A stretch of 64,000 bases of DNA from Candidatus Melainabacteria bacterium 17Bon1m (GTDB lineage: Bacteria; Cyanobacteriota; Vampirovibrionia; Obscuribacterales; Obscuribacteraceae), in the NCBI GenBank assembly GCA_032128875.1, contig JAVLKG010000008.1, forward strand, positions 160,001-224,000, written 5' to 3'. The notes under the pieces are model-generated. The model did not search any database and was not told the DNA's origin. It saw only the letters and a list, made by a program, of their open reading frames with translations. Shown here piece by piece: positions 20,116 to 30,669 of the stretch (the first letter of the stretch is position 1; every line of letters starts with the position of its first letter). The position numbers were made by a program, and so were the translations under genes.

Positions 20116-20319
20116 GGAAGTGTTCCATTATTCGAGGGATTTCATTGTGAATGCGGTGCCGATGGTCGGCATCGCGACTTACTTCGCGTAGAAATCAAAC
20201 CAACTCACTATGGCAAGCCTCGAGTGATCCCGTCAAAGTACGGATCGAGGATTAGCAAAGTACGTCGTCCCAGAGGCAGGCACCGTATTTGGTGCCCGCC
20301 CCACATAGCGATGAGGATG

Positions 20320-20577
20320 CTACTCCTCGTTGAACTCCAGGAGGTCGTCGATCGACATGTAGAGCTCGTCGATGTCGTCGTTGCCGCGGCAGTTCGAGCA
20401 GTGGCTGCTGCGGTAGGAGATCGTGCAGCCGTCGCTGTTGAACTCGATCTTCTCGATCTCGTGCCGAAGGCTCGGATTGAAGCTCTTCGCACGCTCCTCG
20501 AAATACTTCTTCGCGCGCTGGGTGAGCTCCGCATGCAGAGCAGCGAAACGCTCGAAGCCGGTCTTGTCGATTTTCAT
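20320..20577 (-). CDS. Small hypothetical protein with CxxC
   Basis: GGAG RBS; HCSNC motif. Confidence 0.65.
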   Translation of the reverse strand: MKIDKTGFERFAALHAELTQRAKKYFEERAKSFNPSLRHEIEKIEFNSDGCTISYRSSHCSNCRGNDDIDELYMSIDDLLEFNEE

Positions 20578-20609
20578 GGTGATCTCCATCACGTTTCAGT
20601 TGTTGACGA

Positions 20610-20876
20610 TCAGTACCTCGGACGAGGCGCGTCTTTGGGTGACGCTGCGGCGACGCAGAGGGCGCCCGCAAAGCCGAGGGCCGTTAAGAAAAAGACCTTT
20701 CCAGACCCGCTGAAGTCATCGTTCATCGACGAGGCGATGTAGAGAATGGCGATTACGGGCAATGCCAAGCTCAGCGAAGCGATCTCGGAAAGCTTGCCGC
20801 CAAGGGAAAAGCCCAGCCGGAACGCGACGCAAAAGCCAACGATGGCGACAGCGGTGTAAAGTGCGGTGAGGATCAT
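20610..20876 (-). CDS. Small membrane protein
   Basis: 3 TM segments. Confidence 0.6.
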   Translation of the reverse strand: MILTALYTAVAIVGFCVAFRLGFSLGGKLSEIASLSLALPVIAILYIASSMNDDFSGSGKVFFLTALGFAGALCVAAASPKDAPRPRY

Positions 20877-21078
20877 TGTGTTTGTCCATGAAGCGGAATT
20901 TGCAGGAGTCTCGCGACTTTCTGCCATGAAGACGTGGCGACCATCGCCTGACGTCCAAACGTTCAATCAACAGAGAAGTGGTGCAAGCACCACTCCAGCG
21001 ACTAGAAGCTACATTCGCATTACTGCGAACGAGAGCACCGGCATCGCCAGTCCGGAGCGCAATGCAACTTGCAAGAAC

Positions 21079-21300
21079 CTAGAGGCAGAAGCGCTGCACC
21101 CGGGCTCTGGCGACTTGCCTCGCCTCATTTTCGTCACGGAACGCCGTTTGGCCCAGTTCGAAGGTCTCGCCATTGGCGAGGTCGCGAACGACGCCATCGG
21201 ATTCGACGAACTGGCCGGCATTCAGCACGACCCGGTCGAAGCCACGAAAGACGAAAACCTTGTCCGCTGCGGAAGTGTTGGCAGTGGTGATAGTCGTCAT
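21079..21300 (-). CDS. Small hypothetical protein
   Basis: GGGAG RBS, codon bias like its neighbours. Confidence 0.55.
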   Translation of the reverse strand: MTTITTANTSAADKVFVFRGFDRVVLNAGQFVESDGVVRDLANGETFELGQTAFRDENEARQVARARVQRFCL

Positions 21301-21493
21301 TTCAATTCTCCCTAACGTTGGGATTGCGTGGAAAGGAAGACGAGCTTGCATGCAAGCTCAGAATCGAACAGCTGCTCAGTCAAAGAGCAGGGCAGAAAGA
21401 CAGCGCATCTTTGCCGTCCTACTGCCATGCTCTTCGTTTAGTTCGCGGCTGCGTGGAGAACGCCAAGTCGCAGCGGTCACTAGAAGTGCTATA

Positions 21494-21664
21494 TCAGAGC
21501 GGCCACCAGGAGCGCTTCGGGAGCGACTGCCCCGTGAAGGCTTCCATCGAGAAATTCAGAGGCTGAACTTCGGCGATATCGACGATGCCGTAAGGCACAG
21601 GCAGAGGCTTGCCGGCGGCGAAGGTCTGCGCGGCGATGATGAGACGGCGAACGAAGTGTTTCAT
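21494..21664 (-). CDS. 56-aa small protein below the ORF-track cutoff (MKHFVRRLIIAAQTFAAGK...SWWPL)
   Basis: AAGGA RBS, ATG at 21664, TGA at 21494-21496; first gene of the minus-strand orphan cluster. Confidence 0.5.
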   Translation of the reverse strand: MKHFVRRLIIAAQTFAAGKPLPVPYGIVDIAEVQPLNFSMEAFTGQSLPKRSWWPL

Positions 21665-22647
21665 GTGATTCCTTTCGGATTTTCAGCTTTGTGCAATCAG
21701 ATCGAATTGCCGACGCCAAAACAGATCAGTACGCGACACCTTGCGGTGAGCCGAAATACTGCTGGAATAAACTGCACTGGAGAAGAGTGAGTTTGCTGAC
21801 CTGAATTGGAACGGGAAGTAGAAGATGTCTATTTCTTCTCATAAGAGATCATCTACGTGCTGTAAATTGTGCTGTTACACACGCACTTTACAACCAGAAA
21901 CAATAGCGCTGCGCGAACCTTTCCAGCCACCTGGCGCCGAACCTCAATTGGCTGAGATTGGAATTTGTTGGAGAAAAACATTCGCAAGCGTTCGATCCAC
22001 CGAAATTGAAACGCACGAAAAGCGCTCGCTCAGATCGCGCAAGCTAGATTTGGCAATACTCAAAGCGGCACGATCTAGCGCCACTTCGCCAGCCAAAAAC
22101 GCCACCATATACGACACCAAAGACGAAGAGCACGAACATCCGAGATTGCTCCCGGCGTTTCGCGCTTAATACTTCAGTCAGATTGGTCTGTGTCATTTGT
22201 ACGGCCGCCGGCATGAAAGAAACGTGAATAGGACTTGTACTAAAACAACGATTCCAAAATTCCAGACCACTTGCCACATAAGAATCACAACCAATGTCGA
22301 ATGACGCTAGGCAGGCTCTTACAAACTTTTGTATCTTCCGTCCGTGCACGAAGGTTTTACGCCCATTTCATTCAAACTGATGCTTGGTTCATGCAATTTG
22401 TTCTGCTACCAATAAATTACTCCCTTCTTCATTCGCGCGTAACAAAAGCACAGCACCTCATCCAGAGCAATAAGCTTTCAGGCTTTTTCTTCACCCTTAC
22501 CGGGTGAGCAGAGAAAACCGGTTGGCTGCAGAGCATTTGGAATGCGCTGGTTGAACTGCTGTCACTTTGAAGAGGTGGACACTTTCATGAAAATCGGTCA
22601 TCCCGCGGCGGCTGAAGGAGCTGCGGACCTGGGTAGGAGGATGCGAG

Positions 22648-24339
22648 ATGCATTGGAATACCACAGGCAGGACCCTCAAGGTATTGGGTTCTTTTTGGCT
22701 GGGCGAGCGCAAGAAGGTTGCCTGGTCATGGATAGCACTCATCGTTGCGATGCTCATCGTAATCAATGTGCTGAACATTTGCATAAGCTACACAGAACGC
22801 TCGGTTCTTTCGTCGCTGGAGCATAAGGAACAATCGGCGTTCTGGACGAACGTCTTTATCTACGCCTCGATTTTCATTGTCGGCACGCCGATCGTTGGCA
22901 CCTTCGGCTGGATCAAAAACAAGATGCACATGCAGTGGCGTGACTACCTGTCACAATCGCTGCTGAAAAAGCTCTACAACCAGGATCGCTTTCAGGCTAT
23001 CGTCAACGATCCGCGGGTTACCAACCCGGAGCAGCGCATACAGCAAGACGCCGACAAGGTCTTGGACAAATTGATGACCTTCGTGCTGGCGCTAGTCGAC
23101 AGCGGACTGGCATTGATTTCTTTCTCTGCAATACTATGGTCGCTGTCACCGCTTCTACTTCTGGTGGCAGTGGTCTACTCCGGCATTGGCACGTTTGCAA
23201 TGCTCAGGTTCGGCAGGCGGATGATAGGTCTGCATTTCGAACAGGAGACACGAGAGGCGGATTTACGCCGCGAACTCGTGCGCGCCACGGAGAACTCCAC
23301 AGCAATCGCCAGCTATCGAGGAGCGCATCGCGAGCTCGAAAGAGCGCGTGAACGCCTGCGATTAACACTGGCAAACTGGAACAGTGTGATCAGCTGGAAC
23401 CGCAATCTGACTCTCTTCAAAGTCGGCTACGACTATTTCATCCTGGTTGTCCCTTTGCTTATTACAGCGCCGCTGTACTTCGCAGGCGAGATGGACTGGG
23501 GCGCGATGGGTCAGGCCGCGTCTTCGTTCGGCCGCGTGCTGGGCGCACTTTCGGTGATTGTACACACGTACATGCTGTTTGCCGAACTCAACGCCGGCGC
23601 TCAGCGCTTGGTGTCCTTCGACGATGTCCTCAACGAGTACGAAGCGGGATATGGTGAAAGCGGCATCGAGACAGTGGTTTCGGAAGGTGCATCCGTCAGT
23701 GACTTGGCGGTGAACACCCCTGATGGAAAAACCACCATCATCAAAGGCGTCAATTTCGCGGTCAAACCTGGACAAAGCATGCTTATCGTCGGACCAAGCG
23801 GTATCGGCAAAAGCACAGTCCTCAAGGCATTGGCTGGGCTGCGGAAAGGCGGAAGCGGACGGGTTGCAAGACCAGATACAGACGCAGTAATGTACCTTCC
23901 GCAAAAGCCGTACATGACTCCCGGCACGCTCCGAGACCAGCTCCTTTATCCTGGGCGAGGCGAAGCACCCAGCGACGAAGAGCTGCTTGCTTTGCTCAAT
24001 GCGCTCGGTCTCGACGACCTGGCCAAACGCGAAGGCGGGCTCGACGCAGAGCAAGACTGGGACGAAGGCACGTCCGGTGGGCAACAACAGCGAATCGCCA
24101 TCGCCAGAATGCTGATTGCAAAACCCAAGCTGGCCATTCTCGATGAGGCAACAAGCGGACTGGATGCCGGCAATGAGCGCAGAGCATATCAGCTCATCCG
24201 CAACTCCGGCATCACAACTGTCTCGGTGGCTCACCGCGAAGGAGTAGTTGAATTCAGCGATTTCGTCCTGGTGATTCACAAGGATGGCTCATCGGCAATC
24301 GTTGACGCAGCCAATTTTGTGATGCAAGAAGAGCCATAA
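22648..24339 (+). CDS. ABC transporter fused permease/ATPase, YddA/ABCD (ABC_membrane_2) family
   Basis: NPEQRI..D, EAA-like EADLRRELVR..EN...IA.YRG, GPSGIGKS, YLPQKPY, LDEATS. Confidence 0.9.
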   Translation: MHWNTTGRTLKVLGSFWLGERKKVAWSWIALIVAMLIVINVLNICISYTERSVLSSLEHKEQSAFWTNVFIYASIFIVGTPIVGTFGWIKNKMHMQWRDYLSQSLLKKLYNQDRFQAIVNDPRVTNPEQRIQQDADKVLDKLMTFVLALVDSGLALISFSAILWSLSPLLLLVAVVYSGIGTFAMLRFGRRMIGLHFEQETREADLRRELVRATENSTAIASYRGAHRELERARERLRLTLANWNSVISWNRNLTLFKVGYDYFILVVPLLITAPLYFAGEMDWGAMGQAASSFGRVLGALSVIVHTYMLFAELNAGAQRLVSFDDVLNEYEAGYGESGIETVVSEGASVSDLAVNTPDGKTTIIKGVNFAVKPGQSMLIVGPSGIGKSTVLKALAGLRKGGSGRVARPDTDAVMYLPQKPYMTPGTLRDQLLYPGRGEAPSDEELLALLNALGLDDLAKREGGLDAEQDWDEGTSGGQQQRIAIARMLIAKPKLAILDEATSGLDAGNERRAYQLIRNSGITTVSVAHREGVVEFSDFVLVIHKDGSSAIVDAANFVMQEEP

Positions 24340-24396
24340 ACAGGGGCTTCTGCAACGACTTCAAAAGAGAAACAGTGCCAACTGGTAGGTATGTCT

Positions 24397-24427
24397 GGAG
24401 GGGCGCGAATATTGCGCGTGCCCCTCC
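24397..24427. repeat. REP-like palindrome (GGAGGGGCGCG...GTGCCCCTCC)
   Basis: Imperfect GC-rich inverted repeat 3' of the ABC gene. Confidence 0.4.
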
Positions 24428-24662
24428 CGGGCGGTCGAGACTCTGTCCTGTTTTAACTTAGCGGATTTCTACTGTATGCTTTAGTTTTATCACTGCTTAG
24501 TCATTTGGACACAGACTCAAGCTGCCGATAAACAATCAGAACGCTTGCCCATCCCCATTCCAGGGGAGAGAGAGATGTTGAAGAATTAGATCGTTTGTGA
24601 AAACATGTTTTTGCACATATATACATTACGTTTCTACTCAACGGCCGTGCCGGGTCGCCAAG

Positions 24663-26651
24663 ATGTCTGAGCAGCAGAAGAAAAAGCAGACCTTAATCGA
24701 TAAGATGATGAAGACCATCCCGACGCCGCCCACGGGACCACCTCCGAGCGGCCCGCCCGAGGATGTGACTACGACTTTCGACGGTAACCTTTCGGAAAAA
24801 CCTATTTCGTACTTGCTTCGTGCAGCTGAGCATTACGAGATAACAGGCAAACTTTTCATCGGCTCGGTGCACTGCAATGTATGCATTCAGTTCGGACTAG
24901 GTCGAGCTGTGCATGCTACATCTCCACTATCTGTGGGCACGGAAGCGATTATGGACCTCTTCATTTGGAAAGACGGTGTCATTCGCTTCGAACCAGGCGG
25001 ACAGCCGGAAACAGTGACAGTGCAAGAAAGTATTGCCGATATTTTGATTCGCGGCGAAGCTTTCATACACAACCACAACTTTCTCGAACGTAACTATATC
25101 AACGAGCTTTCCTTTCTCCTGCGCCCGCCTGAAAGACTGGCAGAAGGTGAGTTGGAAACGCGCTTGCGCAATGCAAGAGTGAGAGATCCAAACCTGCATG
25201 CCGAGTTTTACTCCAATGTGTACGGCACGCGAAACATCAAAGACACTGCCGAAAAAATGGGGCTTGCCCATAGCCAATGGGTTACTATCGCAGCAGATTT
25301 GTTGAAGCTGGGATTGCTGCTGACGCCGGACAATCGCAGTGTCAAAGCAGAAGATCCGCTGCCGCAGATAATGCAACCGCCGATGCAAATAAACCAGGGT
25401 CCACCACAAATCATCTTGCCTGAACTGGCGCCCACCGCGATTTCACTAAATATCCCGCAAACAAATCAATTGCCGCTTGCGGAAATGCCGGATATTTTCA
25501 AACCTGCACATACCCGCGAAATTGCTTTTCCGGTACCCAGCCTGGACGAATGGCATATCGACACGCAACGCCCGCGGCCTCCGGTTGAACAACATCAACA
25601 AATGCCGCCTCAACAACAAAGATCCACAGACTCAGTAAAAGTCGGTGTTCCCGAAGAGATGCTCACGCTCGATCCGATGATGCGCAATGCGATCTGGCTG
25701 CTTCTCAACAAGGCGGAGACGGGCATCCTTAGCTTCGAAGCATTGCAGTTTTTTCTGGAGCGAGAATTTGCAAGAGCATTCAGATTTAAGTCTTCACTCT
25801 CGCTCGCACTCTTCTGTGTCACTGTTAACGCTGATCGCGACGGGAATTTGCCGGCGGAAGTGTGCGCGCTTCTTACTGAAGCGGTATCGAACATCAAGCG
25901 CGAAGTGGACATGTTCGGACACTTTGGAGACAGAGCATTCGGCTTGCTATTGCCAGGTATTGAAAGTCATCAAGCCTGCAGCCTGGCAGGTCGAATCAGT
26001 AGAGACCTTGTCAAATTGAAACCTGATCTAGCGCAGTATGAGCCGTGTCTGCATTTCGGAATCGCATCGGCTCCCCAAGATGCTACAGATATGGACTCGC
26101 TGGCAAAAGCCGCGCAGGTAGCTATGTTTATCGCAGCACTGCATAACGAACTACTTGTCGAAGCCAATCAAGTCAGTAATAAGCAGACGCACGAACAACT
26201 AAGCCAGGGACAAAGCCCGCAGACCATAGGCGAGACGATGCAATTACGACGCCCTACGCCTGTCGAGTTGTCGACGCCTCAACAACAACAACAACAACAA
26301 CAACCTGTTCCACAGTACCCAGGTCAACAACAAGCGCAGCAACAGCAGGTTCAGCACCAGTCAGCTGCGCCGCAGTTTCCAACTCAGCAGCAAGCACCGC
26401 AACATCAGCAGCCTGTGCCACAGTTTCCGATGCCACAGCAACAGCCGCAGTTTCCACCACAACACCCTCCGACACCACAATTCCCGATGCCACAGCAACA
26501 GCATCAACAAGCGCCGCAATTTCCGGACCAGCCACAACAACAACAACAACAACAACAACAACAGAAGCCGCAACCCCAGCAGCCCACTCAAAACCCTCAA
26601 CAGCCTGGCGATCAGCCCCCACCAACGCAGCAGCAAAATTACCAGTGGTAA
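24663..26651 (+). CDS. DUF4388 (PatA-N-like) plus degenerate GGDEF-like domain protein with Gln/Pro-rich tail
   Basis: FDGNLSE..I..LL, TGKL, F..G..VHA, G.EAI..L..WKDG.I.F; LEREF.RA.R, GHFGDRAFGLLLP, FGIAS.P.D. Confidence 0.8.
   Translation: MSEQQKKKQTLIDKMMKTIPTPPTGPPPSGPPEDVTTTFDGNLSEKPISYLLRAAEHYEITGKLFIGSVHCNVCIQFGLGRAVHATSPLSVGTEAIMDLFIWKDGVIRFEPGGQPETVTVQESIADILIRGEAFIHNHNFLERNYINELSFLLRPPERLAEGELETRLRNARVRDPNLHAEFYSNVYGTRNIKDTAEKMGLAHSQWVTIAADLLKLGLLLTPDNRSVKAEDPLPQIMQPPMQINQGPPQIILPELAPTAISLNIPQTNQLPLAEMPDIFKPAHTREIAFPVPSLDEWHIDTQRPRPPVEQHQQMPPQQQRSTDSVKVGVPEEMLTLDPMMRNAIWLLLNKAETGILSFEALQFFLEREFARAFRFKSSLSLALFCVTVNADRDGNLPAEVCALLTEAVSNIKREVDMFGHFGDRAFGLLLPGIESHQACSLAGRISRDLVKLKPDLAQYEPCLHFGIASAPQDATDMDSLAKAAQVAMFIAALHNELLVEANQVSNKQTHEQLSQGQSPQTIGETMQLRRPTPVELSTPQQQQQQQQPVPQYPGQQQAQQQQVQHQSAAPQFPTQQQAPQHQQPVPQFPMPQQQPQFPPQHPPTPQFPMPQQQHQQAPQFPDQPQQQQQQQQQQKPQPQQPTQNPQQPGDQPPPTQQQNYQW
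26280..26561 (+). repeat. (CAA)8 at 26280-26303 and (CAA)9 at 26535-26561 with CCRCARTTYCC (PQFP) repeats between
   Basis: Directly visible; encodes polyQ/PQFP tail. Confidence 0.9.
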
Positions 26652-26713
26652 TCACTGGCGGGTCGCCAACAGATGTATAATCTGCCCTCATCTCTTTGCC
26701 GGAGGGGGGCACG

Positions 26714-27658
26714 ATGAAAGCAGATCAAGTTATTGTGGTCGGCAGCCTTAGTCAAGACATCGTTGTTAGCACGCCACGTTTGCCGGTGAAGGGCGAGACG
26801 ATAAGAGGCTCTGACTTCGGGATGTTCGCTGGCGGCAAAGGCAACAATCAAGCGATGGCAGCTGGGCGTGCCGGTGCCAAAGTAACGATGGTCGGAAGAG
26901 TCGGCGCCGACAGCTTCGGCGACATGCTAATAGCGACGCTGAAGAAAAACAATGTCGATGCATCGCACATGATCCAAGACAAGGAAGCCGGGACAGGCAT
27001 TGCGATGATCACTGTCGACGGCGATGGAGACAATAGTATTGTCATCGCTCAACGCGCCAATCTCAACCTCTGCGACAAAGATATTGAGAAAGCGGAAACT
27101 GTCGTTTCACAGTGCAAAATTCTTCTGATGCAATTAGAAGTACCAACAGAGGCGGATACTTTTGCTGCCAAACTTGCGCGCAAGCATGGAACGTTTGTCG
27201 CGCTAAATCCAGCACCTGCCCCGGTAGATGGCAAATTGCCCAAAGAACTCTTGGAAAACGTAGACGTTATTATTCCCAATCAGACCGAAGCGGAATTGAT
27301 GACGGGAATCAAAGTAATTGACGAGAAAAGCGCTCTGGCAGCAGCGGAAGAGCTTAAAAAACTGGGACCGAAGAACGTCATCATTACGCTCGGAGAACTC
27401 GGCGCACTGCTAGCCGAAGATGGCAGAGCACCAGAAGTGATACCAAGCTACAGAGTTAACGCCATTGACACCACCGCTGCGGGAGACGCCTTTTGTGGCG
27501 CCCTGGCCGCTGCATACGCCAGTGGAGAAACGCTTGCAAATGCCGTTAAATTCGGCTGTGCCGCAGGCGCGCTCGCAACCACAAAGATGGGCGCGGAGCC
27601 ATCACTTCCGACTAAAGAAGAAATTGAGAAGCTCGTTTTGTCTACAACAACGAAATAG
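26714..27658 (+). CDS. rbsK: Ribokinase
   Basis: GGKGNNQA.AA.R.GA, QLE, NPAP, PNQTEA, DTTAAGDAFCG. Confidence 0.93.
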   Translation: MKADQVIVVGSLSQDIVVSTPRLPVKGETIRGSDFGMFAGGKGNNQAMAAGRAGAKVTMVGRVGADSFGDMLIATLKKNNVDASHMIQDKEAGTGIAMITVDGDGDNSIVIAQRANLNLCDKDIEKAETVVSQCKILLMQLEVPTEADTFAAKLARKHGTFVALNPAPAPVDGKLPKELLENVDVIIPNQTEAELMTGIKVIDEKSALAAAEELKKLGPKNVIITLGELGALLAEDGRAPEVIPSYRVNAIDTTAAGDAFCGALAAAYASGETLANAVKFGCAAGALATTKMGAEPSLPTKEEIEKLVLSTTTK

Positions 27659-27719
27659 CAAAAGTTCTTACAACAAAGCAGCAGAACTTCTGAAAACGAA
27701 GCAGTCGAAGTTTCGAAAG

Positions 27720-29549
27720 CTAGCTAGACGTTTCCGCGCGCCGCGCGGTTCTTTCTACGGGAATGCGAAACCAGAAAGTGCTGCCGTTGCCGTTATTACT
27801 GTCTACGCCAATAGTTCCGCCGTGTTCTTTTACAATCGCGGCGCATATAGCCAAGCCTAATCCACTGCCAGTCTTCTTGTCGCTGTCACGTTTGGATTGC
27901 CTAAATCTGTCAAACACAAGCGCTCTTTCCTCTTCTAAAATTCCGGGACCATTGTCTGATATCTTCACGGTTACCCAACCATCGTCCTTCTCATAAGTGA
28001 CTACGACTTGTCCTTTTTCCGATGAAAACTTGATAGCGTTCGAGAGAATATTGCTGAACACTTGGGTCAGGCGCTCGTGATCAGCACTGACCACCACGTC
28101 TTTCTCTGGCAGAACAATTTCGACCAGCTTCTTATCGGCGAGCGCAAGCAGTGAATCGGCAGCAATTTCCATCGTTCTCAAAATCGACTTTTCTTGAAAG
28201 CGCATATCCCAAGCGCCTGATTCGAGTTTTTCAACATCCAATAAATCATTGATGAGCGCTATCAAACGAGCAACACTGCCTTCTATCGTTGAGATGATTT
28301 TCAACGCCGGCGCAGGAAGATCCCCATGCATTCCGTGAGCTAAAGTGCCTAATCGCATATTGATAGAAGTAAGCGGGCTGCGCAAATCATGACTGACGAT
28401 AGCGACGAATTCTTGCTTCATCCGCTCCAGCTGCTTGCGTTGCGAGATATCGTGCGCAACACAAACAAGCGCCTTCTCTTGTTCTACATAACGAACAGAC
28501 CAGCGAGTATCTACAATACTTCCGTTTTTGCGAACGATGCGATTTTCAAAGGAATCGAGCGGTTCATCCGAATCTCGCTGAGCGTCTTCAAAAGCTGCTG
28601 TCGTGCGTTCTACATCTTCGTCGAGAACAATTGCGGCGATCCTCTTGCCCATCAATTCATCAGGTTCGTACCCCCACACAGCAAGTGCTGCCGTGCTCAC
28701 TTCGGAAAAGGCAAGCGCATTGTTTAGCGAACAAATCACATCGGCAGCATAATCTACAATGGCGCGTTGCTTGCGTAGAGTAGTTTCTAACTCGAGCGAC
28801 ATACGGCGAAATTCTTGGTCGAGAACTTCCAATTCACTCTGTCCCTGCAGAGGAGGGTTGAGTTCTCGCCCTGCGGACAACCGTTGCGCGTTGTCTATCA
28901 AAACATCAAAACGTCGCGAGATACGAAGACTGAGAGCCAGAGCGCTTCCGCTTATCAAAGCGCAGGTAGCCAGAACAATGGCTAATACCAATCTGCCTTG
29001 CTCTTCACGCTCTCTGCTTTTAGATTCGGCGGATTTGTCCAACTGTTCAAGCTGGCTCTGAATCATCCCGTTCAGGATCTCGCCTGCCTTAAAAGCATCT
29101 CTCTTCATTACCGCGCCGTACTTCATGACGACAAACATGTTTCCCTGTTTAAAAGCAGGAAGAAATTTCTGTGCAATCGCGTTTGTGCGCATTGTGAGCA
29201 CTTCAATTTCAGCTACTTTTGCACTGGCAATTTCGTCGCCGCGACAGAATTCTTTGAGTTCGCCAATCAACTTAGCGGCGGCCCAAACATGTTTGAAATA
29301 TTGATTCAGCAGGTTTTCATCGGTGAAATTCGAAAACACGAATTCATTGCCGACTTGATACGCCCAGAGAAATTCGCTGCGCAGCGCGTTTGCTTTCTTC
29401 AACAGCAAGCGCGAATGCGCTTCTTGTTTAATTTCCTCGCCAGAAGTCTGCAAACTCGAATAAAGCATAAAGCCAATGATTAACTCGAAAACTACCGGAA
29501 TGATTACCAGAAGCAAAAGTTGGTGGGATAGCTTTAGTTTGATTTGCAC
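27720..29549 (-). CDS. Membrane PAS-domain sensor histidine kinase
   Basis: Two TMs, HAMP-like region, PAS (HDISQRK), H-box SHDLRSPL, NAIKFS, DNGPGI, GSGLGL. Confidence 0.93.
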   Translation of the reverse strand: MQIKLKLSHQLLLLVIIPVVFELIIGFMLYSSLQTSGEEIKQEAHSRLLLKKANALRSEFLWAYQVGNEFVFSNFTDENLLNQYFKHVWAAAKLIGELKEFCRGDEIASAKVAEIEVLTMRTNAIAQKFLPAFKQGNMFVVMKYGAVMKRDAFKAGEILNGMIQSQLEQLDKSAESKSREREEQGRLVLAIVLATCALISGSALALSLRISRRFDVLIDNAQRLSAGRELNPPLQGQSELEVLDQEFRRMSLELETTLRKQRAIVDYAADVICSLNNALAFSEVSTAALAVWGYEPDELMGKRIAAIVLDEDVERTTAAFEDAQRDSDEPLDSFENRIVRKNGSIVDTRWSVRYVEQEKALVCVAHDISQRKQLERMKQEFVAIVSHDLRSPLTSINMRLGTLAHGMHGDLPAPALKIISTIEGSVARLIALINDLLDVEKLESGAWDMRFQEKSILRTMEIAADSLLALADKKLVEIVLPEKDVVVSADHERLTQVFSNILSNAIKFSSEKGQVVVTYEKDDGWVTVKISDNGPGILEEERALVFDRFRQSKRDSDKKTGSGLGLAICAAIVKEHGGTIGVDSNNGNGSTFWFRIPVERTARRAETSS

Positions 29550-29787
29550 AAAAATTTGAGAATCTGGGAATCAGGGGACTCAGAGGAATCTAGCAGGTCG
29601 CTCTATATAATACTGAGCTTTTCAACGAAAAATGAGTCGCTTCATAGTCCTGACACACTGTTGCCACGGTTCGCGATTACTCTGAGAACACTTACCAGTT
29701 AGTCACGTCCCTCGTTCGATCCATTTCCGCTGCGAAGCGGCGCTTCCAATATTCCCCTTTCAATGGAAGTGCTCAAGGAGGAAATCC

Positions 29788-30669
29788 ATGAGATCCGATT
29801 GCTGCCGCACAGACGGCTCACCCCCTACCCAACCATTGCCCAGCGCCCGCAAGAGCGTCTCCAACTTTGAAAGAGGCTCCATTCCTGGCGCTGTGCCCGG
29901 CTGCATCCCCAGCAAGTTTGCAGCCAGCCAACCCATTTATTTAGATGGACCCGTCACATTGGACGAATTTCTCGCCCAGAGCAACGGACAAAATTCAAAC
30001 CAGAAAATACATCACAACACAACAGCGGACAACGACTTGAACATGTCACCGCCAAGCGCAAAAGAAGAGAGTCTTCTCTGGCCGGTCACTTCAAGGTTTT
30101 CCTTCGTTGCCGCTTTTTCTCTTGCATTGTTAGTTGCACTCACTGTTTGCTCTCAAGCCCGCGCAGCTGAGAGTGTTGAAGATAGTATGAATAATTCGAG
30201 CACGATAGATTCAGGCAACGTAAAAATCGCCGCCAGAACAGAATCTTCAGAACAGATAAGCAGTCGTGAAATCAGCTTTGTCTGCGGCAGACCAAACACT
30301 CTGCAAGCGCTGGCGCCGATGGATCTGCCCGATGGAAAAGCAGTGAGATTCCTGCCGCAAGGCGCTTCTCCAATTGCAGAAATGAAATTTATGCCTGCTG
30401 CAAGACCTGAACCGAGCAAGAACATTCCTGCCAGACAGAGCGTTTTCAACAAACAGGACGCGTCAGGCAAAGACTCTAATCGGATATCAGACCGCATCTA
30501 CCAGCGACTGTTAAAACTCTCACTTGCAGATCCCTCTGTTTATCAGGCAGAAGGCTCTTCATTGATTACATACTTTTCGATTTTGACAGGGGGTCAGGAT
30601 CAAAAACGCGTGGATGCTCTGCAAAAAATTTTGGAGAAAACATTGAACAGCAGCGTAAACAGCAGGTAG
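29788..30669 (+). CDS. Hypothetical protein with internal TM/signal segment
   Basis: AAGGAGG RBS, 293-aa ORF. Confidence 0.6.
   Translation: MRSDCCRTDGSPPTQPLPSARKSVSNFERGSIPGAVPGCIPSKFAASQPIYLDGPVTLDEFLAQSNGQNSNQKIHHNTTADNDLNMSPPSAKEESLLWPVTSRFSFVAAFSLALLVALTVCSQARAAESVEDSMNNSSTIDSGNVKIAARTESSEQISSREISFVCGRPNTLQALAPMDLPDGKAVRFLPQGASPIAEMKFMPAARPEPSKNIPARQSVFNKQDASGKDSNRISDRIYQRLLKLSLADPSVYQAEGSSLITYFSILTGGQDQKRVDALQKILEKTLNSSVNSR

Noticed and set aside
21790..22647. Possible cobalamin riboswitch upstream of the YddA-like ABC transporter
   Set aside because: No B12-box or conserved core motifs visible
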